Shown piece by piece: positions 43,551-52,737 of a stretch of 64,000 nt of DNA (the stretch's first letter is position 1; every line of letters starts with the position of its first letter). Below the pieces are notes generated by a model. It saw nothing but the letters and a program-made list of their open reading frames with translations. It was not told where the DNA came from and did no database searches. This DNA comes from Armatimonadota bacterium (GTDB lineage Bacteria > Armatimonadota > UBA5829 > DTLH01), in contig JAKPFN010000014.1 in assembly GCA_029551395.1 (NCBI GenBank), positions 319 through 64,318 on the forward strand, given 5' to 3'. Made by a program: the position numbers and the translations under genes.

Positions 43551-43784
43551 TTAGCTTCCTGCTTTTTCATCGATGTAAGCAACAGCCTGCTCGACGGTCT
43601 GGATCTTCTCTGCATCCTCATCCGGTATTTCTACGTTGAACTCTTCCTCAAGTCCCATTACCAGATCCACAACGTCCAGAGAATCGGCTCCAAGATCATC
43701 TACGAATGATGCTGTCTCAGTAACCTCATCATCGCTTACTTTCAGGCGGTCTACCACAACCTTCTTCACCCGATCAAATGTTGA
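43551..43784 (-). CDS. acpP: Acyl carrier protein (copy 1)
   Basis: 78 aa from a TTG after 'aggagg'. '[19 protein letters not shown]' contains the phosphopantetheine Ser. Confidence 0.8.
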   Translation of the reverse strand, partial: STFDRVKKVVVDRLKVSDDEVTETASFVDDLGADSLDVVDLVMGLEEEFNVEIPDEDAEKIQTVEQAVAYIDEKAGS

Positions 43785-43850
43785 CAATTTTGCACCTCCT
43801 TGCAAATAACTACCACTATTTTTAGTAACGGTTGCCAATCCGATTGGCTG

Positions 43851-44087
43851 CTATGCTATTCTCCGGTCGATATAAGCTACTGCCTCGCCGACCGTTCCAA
43901 TTGTCTCCGCGTCTTCGTCCGGGATTTCAACATCAAATTCTTCCTCAAGTCCCATGACGAGTTCTACTATTTCAAGAGAATCAGCTCCGAGGTCGTCCTT
44001 GAATGACGCTCCCTCTGTAACTTCGTGTTCATCTACCTTCAGCGTAGCCAACACGACATTCTTTACTCGCTCATAAGTCGTCGGCAT
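43851..44087 (-). CDS. acpP: Acyl carrier protein (copy 2)
   Basis: 78 aa. '[19 protein letters not shown]'. About 65-70% identical to copy 1. Confidence 0.85.
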   Translation of the reverse strand: MPTTYERVKNVVLATLKVDEHEVTEGASFKDDLGADSLEIVELVMGLEEEFDVEIPDEDAETIGTVGEAVAYIDRRIA

Positions 44088-44097
44088 ATTAGCCTCC

Positions 44098-44871
44098 TTA
44101 CATTACCATTCCGCCATCGATATTAATGACCTGGCCTGTTACGTAGCTGGATGCCTCACTGCAAAGGAACAGGATCACATCAGCCACATCATCAGGTGTG
44201 CCTTGCCTGCCAAGTGGAATCCGGCTCTCGATGCTTTCCTTAGCTTGCTCTGTCATCTCATCTGTCATAGCCGTTTGAATAAAGCCCGGAGCTACTGCGT
44301 TCACATTAACCCCTCTCGGGCCAAGTTCTCTGGCTGTTGTTTTCGTCAGAGCAATCACGCCTCCTTTGGAAGCTGAGTAGTTAGCCTGACCTACGTTGCC
44401 GATGACTCCCATCACTGATGCAACATTTACGATCCTGCCGCTTCTCTGCCGAAACATCAGTTTTGATACGGCTTTAGTACAGTTAAACGTGCCTTTCAGG
44501 TTGGTGTCAAGCACGGAATCCCACTGATCTTCAGTCATTTTAAGTATCAGACTATCTCGCGTGATGCCTGCATTGTTCACGAGTATATCGACTTTACCGA
44601 ACTTGTCAACTGCTGAGTTTACCATACGTTCTACATCTGCTGGATCAGCTACGTTTGCCTGCACCGCAAGTGCTTCTCCACCTGCGGCCTCTACTTCCTT
44701 TGCCACCGCTTCAGCAGCCTCTACAACGTAGTCGGCAATCACTATCTTTGCGCCGGATTTGGCCAGCTTCAGGGCTATTGATCTTCCGATCCCTTTCCCT
44801 TCTCTGCCTGCACCTGTTACAAGCGCTACTTTCCCATCAAGTTCCACTACAACCTCCCTAAAAAACGCCAT
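44098..44871 (-). CDS. fabG: 3-oxoacyl-ACP reductase
   Basis: 257 aa SDR. '[11 protein letters not shown]' and the 'YSASKGG' catalytic motif. Confidence 0.9.
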   Translation of the reverse strand: MAFFREVVVELDGKVALVTGAGREGKGIGRSIALKLAKSGAKIVIADYVVEAAEAVAKEVEAAGGEALAVQANVADPADVERMVNSAVDKFGKVDILVNNAGITRDSLILKMTEDQWDSVLDTNLKGTFNCTKAVSKLMFRQRSGRIVNVASVMGVIGNVGQANYSASKGGVIALTKTTARELGPRGVNVNAVAPGFIQTAMTDEMTEQAKESIESRIPLGRQGTPDDVADVILFLCSEASSYVTGQVINIDGGMVM

Positions 44872-44882
44872 CAGTTGACAGC

Positions 44883-45821
44883 TTAACTCTCTTTAAGCAG
44901 TGCCTCAAGAGAGTTGGTATCGCCTACGCTTACTACGTAGACATCTTTCACAATTCTTTTAACGAGACCAGCAAGCACAGTGCCGGACCCCAGTTCAACA
45001 AAGCTTTCCACACCGTCTGCAGCCATCTTCTGCACAGATTCATCCCATCTTACACTACCTGTAATCTGGTCTGCCAGTGCTTTTCTGACATCCTCGGCTG
45101 TTCTAACATAATCCGCCGTCACATTGGCAACTACTGGAACGGATGGATCAGAAATCTGCGCCTTCTCAAGCTCGAGCCTCATCGATTCAGCAGCAGGAGC
45201 CATCAATCTTGAATGAAACGCTCCACTTACTTTAAGAGGCATCACCCGTTTTGCGCCTCGCTCTTTTGCGATTCTTCCGGCTTCTTCTACACCTTCCGGT
45301 GTTCCAGAAATCACTATCTGACCTGGTGAGTTGAAATTAGCGACATCGACTATCCCGGCTGACTGAGCCTGTTCGACTGCACTCTTTACATCTTCATCCG
45401 ATAATCCAAGCACCGCCGCCATTGTACCGGGCACAGAAGAACCGACCTCATGCATCAACTCGCCTCTTCTTCGCACAAGGCGCACTGCTTCGCTCAGATC
45501 AAGCGCTCCTGCAGCAACAAGCGCGGCATATTCGCCAACGCTGTGACCTGCTGTGACATCTGGACGGATTCCCTTGGACTCAACAACCTTTAGAGCAGCT
45601 ACGCTGACCGTAAGCAGCGCTGGTTGTGTATTGACTGTTCGAGTTAGCTCATCTTCAGGCCCTTCAAACATTAACCTGGACAGCTCGAACCCCAAAACAG
45701 CATCGGCAGTCTCAAAAACTTTTCTTGCCTCTGGGAATGACTCGTACAAGTCGCGCCCCATTCCAACACACTGCGCGCCCTGCCCTGGAAATATAAATGC
45801 AACCTTAGACGGAATTGCCAT
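44883..45821 (-). CDS. fabD: Malonyl-CoA:ACP transacylase
   Basis: 'FIFPGQGAQ' and 'GHSVGEY' active-site motifs. Start taken at the internal Met at 45821. Confidence 0.9.
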   Translation of the reverse strand: MAIPSKVAFIFPGQGAQCVGMGRDLYESFPEARKVFETADAVLGFELSRLMFEGPEDELTRTVNTQPALLTVSVAALKVVESKGIRPDVTAGHSVGEYAALVAAGALDLSEAVRLVRRRGELMHEVGSSVPGTMAAVLGLSDEDVKSAVEQAQSAGIVDVANFNSPGQIVISGTPEGVEEAGRIAKERGAKRVMPLKVSGAFHSRLMAPAAESMRLELEKAQISDPSVPVVANVTADYVRTAEDVRKALADQITGSVRWDESVQKMAADGVESFVELGSGTVLAGLVKRIVKDVYVVSVGDTNSLEALLKES

Positions 45822-46824
45822 TATTTGCGCTGATCCCCCACTTGACCACACTTGCAGCCCATGTCAGACCTGCTCCGAATCCTACCATTACAACTACATC
45901 ACCAGGCTTCAGCCTGCCTTCTTGCATCGCTTCGCTCATTGCAATCGGTATGGATGCAGCAGATGTGTTGCCGTACTTTTGGACATTAACAAATATCTTC
46001 TCAGGCGGCAGGTTCAATCTTCTCGCGGCTGATTCGATGATTCGGATATTTGCCTGATGCGGAATGAAAATATCAACATCTTCTGGTGTCAAACCACACT
46101 TCTCAAGCGCCTGGAGAGAAGCATCTCCCATAATCCTTACAGCAAACTTGAATACTTCTGATCCGGCCATCTTGATACAATGCTGGCGTGTTTCAATCGC
46201 TTCCACTGTGATCGGCATGCGTGACCCGCCAGCCTCGATCTTCAGCAGTTCCGCGCCTGCCCCATCAGAACCAAGCACCGTGGAAAGAATTCCGTGACTG
46301 CCGTCTGTTGGAGCCACTATAACTGCACCTGCCCCATCGCCAAAGAGTATGCATGTAGTCCTGTCAGTATAATCCGTCACCTTGCTGAGGAGATCTACCC
46401 CCACAACAAGAACTTTGTTGTAGGTTCCCGAACATACAAAAGAGTTAGCTGTGGTAAGAGCATATACAAATCCAGAACAGCCTGCAGACAAGTCAAACGC
46501 TGCCGCTTTTTTCGCCCCAATCTTCTCCTGGACAATCGATGCTGTTGCAGGAAAAGGCATATCTCCACTTATCGTTGCGCAGATGATCAAATCCAGTTCT
46601 TCTGCCGATATTCCAGCGTTGTTAAGTGCTTGCTCTGCTGCTCTTGCGGCCAGTTGTGAAGCGCACTCTCCGTCAACCGCTACTCTTCTTTCTTTTATGC
46701 CGGTCCGGGTGACAATCCATTCGTCACTCGTATCGACTATCGACTCAAAATACTCGTTATTGAGTACCTTCTCAGGTAATGCTGAGCCTATTCCGACGAT
46801 ACCAGCCCTTCTTACGCTATTCAT
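45805..46824 (-). CDS. fabH: Beta-ketoacyl-ACP synthase III
   Basis: The track start at 46881 is a TTG. The ATG at 46824 gives 'MNSVRRAGIVGIGSALPEKV'. Active-site Cys in 'SAGCSGFVYAL'. Confidence 0.9.
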   Translation of the reverse strand: MNSVRRAGIVGIGSALPEKVLNNEYFESIVDTSDEWIVTRTGIKERRVAVDGECASQLAARAAEQALNNAGISAEELDLIICATISGDMPFPATASIVQEKIGAKKAAAFDLSAGCSGFVYALTTANSFVCSGTYNKVLVVGVDLLSKVTDYTDRTTCILFGDGAGAVIVAPTDGSHGILSTVLGSDGAGAELLKIEAGGSRMPITVEAIETRQHCIKMAGSEVFKFAVRIMGDASLQALEKCGLTPEDVDIFIPHQANIRIIESAARRLNLPPEKIFVNVQKYGNTSAASIPIAMSEAMQEGRLKPGDVVVMVGFGAGLTWAASVVKWGISANNGNSV

Positions 46825-46852
46825 AGAACTTACCGAATGAGTCCTTCCTGCC

Positions 46853-47860
46853 CTAGCTTCTAACAGCCGGGCTTCTTTCAACGCTTGGCAGCGATGTCTT
46901 GATGCAGTTAATTATATCGTGGTCTACCGCTTCTTTAGCAGCTCTGATTGCACTTGATACGGCCTTCGCATTTGATCGGCCATGCCCAATTATGCATACT
47001 CCATTTACACCAAGAAGCGGCGCTCCTCCATACTGGGTGTAGTCAAACCGTCGTTTGACCTGCATGAGTGCTGGCTTGAGGCAAAGAAGCGAAATCTTTA
47101 GTATTGGGTTCTTGCTCATCTCCCTGAACTGTCCCAGTAGCAGATCTGCAAGCCCCTCTGCTACTTTTAATGCTACATTTCCAACAAAACCATCTGCAAC
47201 AACAACATCTGCTCCTCCCGAAAACAGATCACGTCCTTCTACATTACCTATGAAGTTGATATCCATCTCGCGAAGAACAGGATGTGTTGCCTTGGTCAGT
47301 TCGTTACCCTTGCTTGACTCTTCTCCAATGGAAAGCAATCCCACACGAGGCTGCGGTTTCTTCAAGACTTTTTCTGCATAGATGCTGCCCATTATTGCAA
47401 ACTGCAAAAGGTTATTTACTGAACAATCAGCAGTCGCACCTGCATCCAACAGAATAGTATTGCCTCCCTTGCTGGGTAGTATCGTTGCGATTGCAGGTCT
47501 ATCGATACCCGGAATCCTTCCAAGTTTAAGGGTAGCAACGGCCATCGCAGCCGCAGTATTGCCGACACTAATCATTGCCTGGGCTTCTCGAGATCTGACC
47601 ATCCCAGCAGCGATGACAACAGACGCACCTGGTTTTGTCCGAATGCTGTCCACATGGTCATCCATTCGGATGCAGTCAGGCGTATGATGAACCTCGACTC
47701 GGCCATTCATATCCATCCGCTTGGGCAGATGACTTTTTATGGCCTGCTCATCTCCCACAAGCACTATATCCACGTCGTACAAAGCAGCAGCCCCGACTGC
47801 ACCCTTTACGATTTCGGCCGGGGCATAATCACCGCCCATTGCATCGACGGCAATCCTCAT
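46853..47860 (-). CDS. plsX: Phosphate:acyl-ACP acyltransferase
   Basis: 335 aa. 'MRIAVDAMGGDYAP' N-terminus typical of PlsX. Confidence 0.9.
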   Translation of the reverse strand: MRIAVDAMGGDYAPAEIVKGAVGAAALYDVDIVLVGDEQAIKSHLPKRMDMNGRVEVHHTPDCIRMDDHVDSIRTKPGASVVIAAGMVRSREAQAMISVGNTAAAMAVATLKLGRIPGIDRPAIATILPSKGGNTILLDAGATADCSVNNLLQFAIMGSIYAEKVLKKPQPRVGLLSIGEESSKGNELTKATHPVLREMDINFIGNVEGRDLFSGGADVVVADGFVGNVALKVAEGLADLLLGQFREMSKNPILKISLLCLKPALMQVKRRFDYTQYGGAPLLGVNGVCIIGHGRSNAKAVSSAIRAAKEAVDHDIINCIKTSLPSVERSPAVRS

Positions 47861-47963
47861 CTAGGTAGAACCCTCTCCTGAAAATAGAACCTCAGGTTAT
47901 GGGTGTTAGGTCATGGGTCACAAGAAAACCCAACACCCAACACCCATTACCCAGTAAAAAACC

Positions 47964-48158
47964 TTATTCTTCGGTCTTTTTCTCTTTCTTCTCGATTACA
48001 AGCCGACCGTTATAGAACCCGCAAGATGGACATGCATGATGCGGCAAACGCGGTGCATGGCAGCGCGGACAATTTACTACATTCGGCGCTTCTAGTTTCC
48101 AATTAGCTCTTCGCTTGGCCTGCCTGGCCCTGGAATGTCTTCTTTTTGGCAGTGGCAT
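47964..48158 (-). CDS. rpmF: 50S ribosomal protein L32
   Basis: 64 aa. 'PKRRHSRARQAKRRANWKL' and a C4 zinc ribbon 'CPRCH...CPSCG'. Confidence 0.85.
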   Translation of the reverse strand: MPLPKRRHSRARQAKRRANWKLEAPNVVNCPRCHAPRLPHHACPSCGFYNGRLVIEKKEKKTEE

Positions 48159-48317
48159 TATTTTAACTCCTATATACCGATAGTCGAATCACACTTATGG
48201 GTCGTAATAATTTAGAAGACCCTGCATAATATAACAAAAGTGATGGGTAATGAGCAACCACCCTCTGCCTAGACCGTATCCGGCGAGGCATAGGCGATGG
48301 TGGTTTCTCACCACACA

Positions 48318-48854
48318 TCACTCTTTTTCTTCAGTATCTTCCTCTTCAAGCATACTTGCAAGTGCTGCAAAAGGAGATGCCTCCACATCAACCGGACAGT
48401 TGCATAGTCCCTGGTTCAGATTAGTACCGCACGTAGGACATAGCCCTTTACAGGTATCACTGCACAGCGGTTGTATCGGAACCTCCACAAGAACTACTTG
48501 CCTTATATACTCTGAAAGGTCGAATACATTATCCCGAAAAAGAGGCTCTTCCTCTTCTTCATCCACATCTTCCTGCTCAACAAACGCTGTCTGGAACACT
48601 GGAATAGGCAACTGCTCATCGATTTTTACGTTGACAGGAATCGTCAGCTTCTCCAAACACCTGCTGCATTCCAGTTCTATCTCCGTTTCAAGTTTGCCCC
48701 GAGCAACGATAAGGTTGCCTGTATTTGTGAAGTTAATGCTGCCCACAATTGGCTTGGTGCAGCGCAGATCCTCACTCTCAGCGCACTCTTCCCGGATTTC
48801 GTAATTATAACTCTTGCCTACATTACTGGCAATTTCCCTTAGATCCAGTTTCAT
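48318..48854 (-). CDS. yceD: YceD/DUF177-family protein (large ribosomal subunit accumulation)
   Basis: 178 aa with an acidic stretch and a C-terminal 'CKGLCPTCGTNLNQGLCNC' zinc ribbon. Conserved position upstream of rpmF-plsX. Confidence 0.8.
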   Translation of the reverse strand: MKLDLREIASNVGKSYNYEIREECAESEDLRCTKPIVGSINFTNTGNLIVARGKLETEIELECSRCLEKLTIPVNVKIDEQLPIPVFQTAFVEQEDVDEEEEEPLFRDNVFDLSEYIRQVVLVEVPIQPLCSDTCKGLCPTCGTNLNQGLCNCPVDVEASPFAALASMLEEEDTEEKE

Positions 48855-48864
48855 TGTAATAGAC

Positions 48865-50094
48865 TCATACAGATGCAGCAGCCTTGCTTGTTACCACTTC
48901 TACAGTATCCCGAGCAATCATGCGCTCTTCGTTTGTTGGGATAACCAGTATCCGCGCTGAAGAATCGGCAGCGCTGATGTCAGCTTCCTCGCCTCGCTTC
49001 GCTGTATCGTTCTTCCGGGTATCAAGCTTAACTCCCATAAATTCCAATCCACGGGTAGACTTTTCTCGAATGATTGGACCATTTTCGCCGATACCGCCGG
49101 TAAAGACAATTGCATCGAGCCCGCCCATTGCAGCAGCATACGCGCCGATATATTTCTTTACGCGATAGCAGAACATCTCAAGTGCCAGAGCAGCTCTTTC
49201 ATTACCTGATTCCGTAAGCTCCTCTATATCTCGCATATCGCTTGACTTACCCGAAATACCAAGCAGACCGCTCTTCTTGTTTATCAGGTTATCTGCCTGC
49301 TCTGGAGTCATCCCAAGCGCCTTTTGGACATAGACCATTATAGCCGGATCCATATCACCAGCTCTTGTGCCCATCATAAGCCCTTCTGCCGGAGTCATAC
49401 CCATACTGGTATCTATTACTTTCCCTCCGACGATAGCTGTCATGCTGCATCCATTGCCCAGATGGCAAGTAACGAGCTTCAAAGACTCGGGTTTAACGCC
49501 ATTTTCAGCCATGATCTTGCTTGCTCTTCCGCTGACATAACGGTGAGAAGTGCCATGGAACCCATATCGGCGGACACCGTGCTCAGTATACAACTCATAA
49601 GGTAGAGCATACATATAAGCATGCTGCGGAATAGTCGCATGGAACGCTGTATCGAACACCGCAACCTGCGGTACACCAGGCATAAGCTTCATGCAAGCAT
49701 GGATGCCCATCAGATTGGGCGGATTGTGCAGCGGAGCAAGATGGCTGACCTTATCTATCTCGGCAAGCGTCTCATCCGTGATGAGTGTCGATTCCGAAAA
49801 CCTTTCTCCGCCATGAACTACCCTGTGGCCAACCGCACTGATCTCTGAAACATCCGAAATAGCTCCGCCTTCAGGGTCTGTCAGGACCTTGAAGACCAGA
49901 TCCATTGCTGCATAGTAATCCGGTATCGGAGACTCGATTACTTTCTTGCCTTTACCCGATGTCTCATACTTCAGTGCTCCCATTTCCAGCCCGATTCGCT
50001 CTGCAAGTCCTTTGGCGAGCACTTCCTCTGTTTCTGACTCGATCAACTGATACTTTAGGGATGAACTCCCGCTATTCAGGACGAGAATCTTCAT
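48865..50094 (-). CDS. ackA: Acetate kinase
   Basis: 409 aa. 'KILVLNSGSSSLKYQL' and the 'VVHGG' and 'HLGNG' motifs. Confidence 0.9.
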   Translation of the reverse strand: MKILVLNSGSSSLKYQLIESETEEVLAKGLAERIGLEMGALKYETSGKGKKVIESPIPDYYAAMDLVFKVLTDPEGGAISDVSEISAVGHRVVHGGERFSESTLITDETLAEIDKVSHLAPLHNPPNLMGIHACMKLMPGVPQVAVFDTAFHATIPQHAYMYALPYELYTEHGVRRYGFHGTSHRYVSGRASKIMAENGVKPESLKLVTCHLGNGCSMTAIVGGKVIDTSMGMTPAEGLMMGTRAGDMDPAIMVYVQKALGMTPEQADNLINKKSGLLGISGKSSDMRDIEELTESGNERAALALEMFCYRVKKYIGAYAAAMGGLDAIVFTGGIGENGPIIREKSTRGLEFMGVKLDTRKNDTAKRGEEADISAADSSARILVIPTNEERMIARDTVEVVTSKAAASV

Positions 50095-50108
50095 TGAATT
50101 CTCCTAGA

Positions 50109-51110
50109 TTATTCTTCTATCGCTTGAACTGCCGTTATGGCAGTAACATTCACTATATCGCTTGCGTTGCAGCCTCTGGACAGATCGTTGACAGGCTTTC
50201 GCAGTCCTTGAAGCACCGGGCCGTAAGCTTCTGCCTTCGCAAGCCGTTCCGTAAGCTTGTAAGCTATATTGCCTGCGTTCAAATCAGGGAATATAAGCAC
50301 GTTGGCTTTACCAGCAACTTCACTTCCCGGAGCTTTCCGCTCTCCAATCCAAGGCACCAAAGCTGCATCTCCCTGAAGTTCTCCATCTATGAGAAGATGC
50401 GGCGCCCGCTCTTTAGCGATTCTGGTTGCTTCAACCACCTTATCTATGAGCGGATCAGATGCGCTTCCCTTGGTCGAGAATGAAAGCATTGCCACTCTCG
50501 GTTCAACATCGAATAGCTGCCGCATTGTTTTCGCGCTCGTAATGGCAATTTCAGCCAGTTCATTTGAGTTCGGATTGATTACAAGGCCTGAATCGCTGTA
50601 GATGAACAGTCCTTTCTCCCCGTACTCGCAGTCTGGAACGATCATTACAAAGAAACTCGATACAATAGACGTACCTGGAGCGCATTTAAGCACCTGGAGT
50701 GCCGGACGAACCGTATCAGCCGTCGAATGGATGGCTCCTGATACCTGCCCGTCTGCTTCTCCGGTGTAGACCATCATAACACCAAAGTAAAGCGGATCTT
50801 TAACTGTTTCCAGTGCTTTTTCTTCGGTTATTCCTTTGGATTTTCTAAGCTCATAAAACAGTTTGGCATACTCTTCGAGTTTCGGAGATGTCTCAGGATC
50901 TATCACTGTGACCTTGGACAAGTCCGCGCCACTCTCTCTGACAGCCTTCTCTATATCGCTTTTTTTGTCAACAACTATGATCTTTCCCAGGTTCTGAGCT
51001 GCTGCATCTGCTGCCGCCTGCACAACCCGGGGGTCACGACCTTCCGGAAGCACGATTGTTTTCTGGGCCGCCCGTGCTTTAGCATAAATGCCCTCCATAA
51101 CGTTCATCAT
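50109..51110 (-). CDS. pta: Phosphate acetyltransferase
   Basis: 333 aa of the PTA_PTB family ('SGAIHSTADTVRPALQ', 'GDAALVP'). Confidence 0.9.
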   Translation of the reverse strand: MMNVMEGIYAKARAAQKTIVLPEGRDPRVVQAAADAAAQNLGKIIVVDKKSDIEKAVRESGADLSKVTVIDPETSPKLEEYAKLFYELRKSKGITEEKALETVKDPLYFGVMMVYTGEADGQVSGAIHSTADTVRPALQVLKCAPGTSIVSSFFVMIVPDCEYGEKGLFIYSDSGLVINPNSNELAEIAITSAKTMRQLFDVEPRVAMLSFSTKGSASDPLIDKVVEATRIAKERAPHLLIDGELQGDAALVPWIGERKAPGSEVAGKANVLIFPDLNAGNIAYKLTERLAKAEAYGPVLQGLRKPVNDLSRGCNASDIVNVTAITAVQAIEE

Positions 51111-51555
51111 CGTCGAGATTAACTCCCACGCTTAGATTTTAGATTTTACCTAATCAGCAATTACTGCATCAAATAAAAAGGCAATTTCAGCCATTCCAAG
51201 ACCCGTTTACTTCCTCAACTGCTTCAATGGCAGACAAAAACCGGTCTCAGTTAAAATACCATTTATTCCCCAATACTTCTCGCTGACAGACGTGGCAAAA
51301 CACGGCAAACACTCTATATCAGCATCAAAGGCTGATGCTGTAGGGAAAGGCCTGCCGTTAACTGTATAGCCATAGAGTTTTACCAATAGATGTCAACAAA
51401 CATCCAGAGCTTCTATAGCGCGCTTGCGCGCTACTTCTAACTGGCAAAACTCTTCCGAGAGTCTCAGGCGCAAATCAACATCTGAAACTCAATAAGAGAT
51501 TCATCTGGTTAATTACAGGTTAAAAATCCAAAATCCGGAACGCCAGGAGATGCGA

Positions 51556-52149
51556 TTAACGTCGTCCCATCTCACGAACAGGCGGCAACACAGGCTCTTC
51601 TTCCGGTTTGGTATACTCTATCCGCTGTTCCAGCTTCTCTCTGCCACGCTGAATAGTCCCCATCAGCTTGGCTGTGAAGTTCTCCAGATTAGCCAATACT
51701 TCTCTTGCATATTCATCAGCGCCTCGTCTGATCTCACGAGCTGATGCTTCAGCGCTCGCAACGATCTCGCGTGCCTGTGCAGTAGCCATTCTATTGATTT
51801 CACTGGTCTCCACAAGCTGACTGGCCTGTACTTTTGCCTCTTCTACAATGCTGGCTGCTTCCTGTCTGGCGTTTTCGACAAAAATTCTAGCTTCTTCCTT
51901 TGCAGCGCTAACAATCTTGTCAGTATCGCTTGCCAGCCTGGTAGCAGTCCTGACTTCATCCGGCAGCGAAGCCCGGATTTTATTTATGAGCATGGTGACT
52001 TCTTCTATCTGCACTCCCCATGCTCGACCCATAAACTCTCTTACATCTACTGCATCCTCGATTTTGTCGAGTAGCTTAAGTATGTCTACTTCAGGTCCGC
52101 GGTTATTAAGAAATGGATACCTAGGTATAGGTGTCTGCTCTTGGCTCAT
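51556..52149 (-). CDS. Coiled-coil protein of uncertain function (ATP-synthase b/E-subunit-like or DivIVA-like helical protein)
   Basis: 197 aa. Almost entirely predicted alpha-helical, with an Ala/Glu/Arg-rich heptad pattern ('AKEEARIFVENARQEAASIVEEAKVQASQL'). Confidence 0.35.
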   Translation of the reverse strand: MSQEQTPIPRYPFLNNRGPEVDILKLLDKIEDAVDVREFMGRAWGVQIEEVTMLINKIRASLPDEVRTATRLASDTDKIVSAAKEEARIFVENARQEAASIVEEAKVQASQLVETSEINRMATAQAREIVASAEASAREIRRGADEYAREVLANLENFTAKLMGTIQRGREKLEQRIEYTKPEEEPVLPPVREMGRR

Positions 52150-52158
52150 TTAAATGTA

Positions 52159-52647
52159 TTAACCTCCTGCAGCTTGCGAAAACTTTTCCCTCAGGCGATA
52201 CTCTACGGTCTTCGGCACTAAACCGTTGACCGATCCCCCCAAAGCAGCAATCTCCCTAACGATGCTGGAACTCAAGTAAGAGTATTCTGCTCCAGTCATC
52301 ATAAATACCGTCTCAACCCCAGGATTGAGATTCCGGTTCATTAGTGCCATCTGAAATTCGAACTCGAAATCAGATACGGCTCGCAGTCCTTTTACAATCA
52401 CATTTGCTCCAAGGCTCTGGACATAATCGACCAGCAGTCCTTCGAAGGCATCGACACGTACATTCGGCAGGTGGCTTGTCGCCTCGCGAAGCATCTGGAC
52501 CCGCTCCTCTACTGTAAATAATGTCCGCTTCGAAAGGTTTGGCGCCACTGCGACAATTACCTCTCCGAAAACCCTCGCAGCACGCTCGATTACATCGATG
52601 TGTCCGCTGGTCACCGGATCGAAACTACCAGGAACAACAGCTTTCAT
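52159..52647 (-). CDS. coaD: Phosphopantetheine adenylyltransferase
   Basis: 'KAVVPGSFDPVTSGHIDVIERA' (the H-x-G-H nucleotidyltransferase motif). Start taken at the internal Met. Confidence 0.9.
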   Translation of the reverse strand: MKAVVPGSFDPVTSGHIDVIERAARVFGEVIVAVAPNLSKRTLFTVEERVQMLREATSHLPNVRVDAFEGLLVDYVQSLGANVIVKGLRAVSDFEFEFQMALMNRNLNPGVETVFMMTGAEYSYLSSSIVREIAALGGSVNGLVPKTVEYRLREKFSQAAGG

Positions 52648-52737
52648 TGTTCTTAGCAACAACAGGCAAGAAGTAACTGCTTAAAGTAATACGTCTCATC
52701 ACACATTACTTGTCACTTCTCCCTGCACACTCCCTTC

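Noticed and set aside
45553-46032. Many antisense or alternate-frame track ORFs of 60-260 aa inside fab, recG, protease and PP2C genes (e.g. 45553..46032, 52996..53721, 42233..43012)
   Set aside because: They lie wholly within well-supported genes on the opposite strand or in another frame. They lack SDs and have Ser/Arg/Cys-rich composition typical of shadow ORFs in GC-moderate DNA.
47880-47963. Imperfect inverted repeat 'gggtgttagg...cccaacaccc' between rpmF and plsX
   Set aside because: The stem is interrupted and there is no U-tract. It may be a weak attenuator but is not convincing enough to call as a feature.
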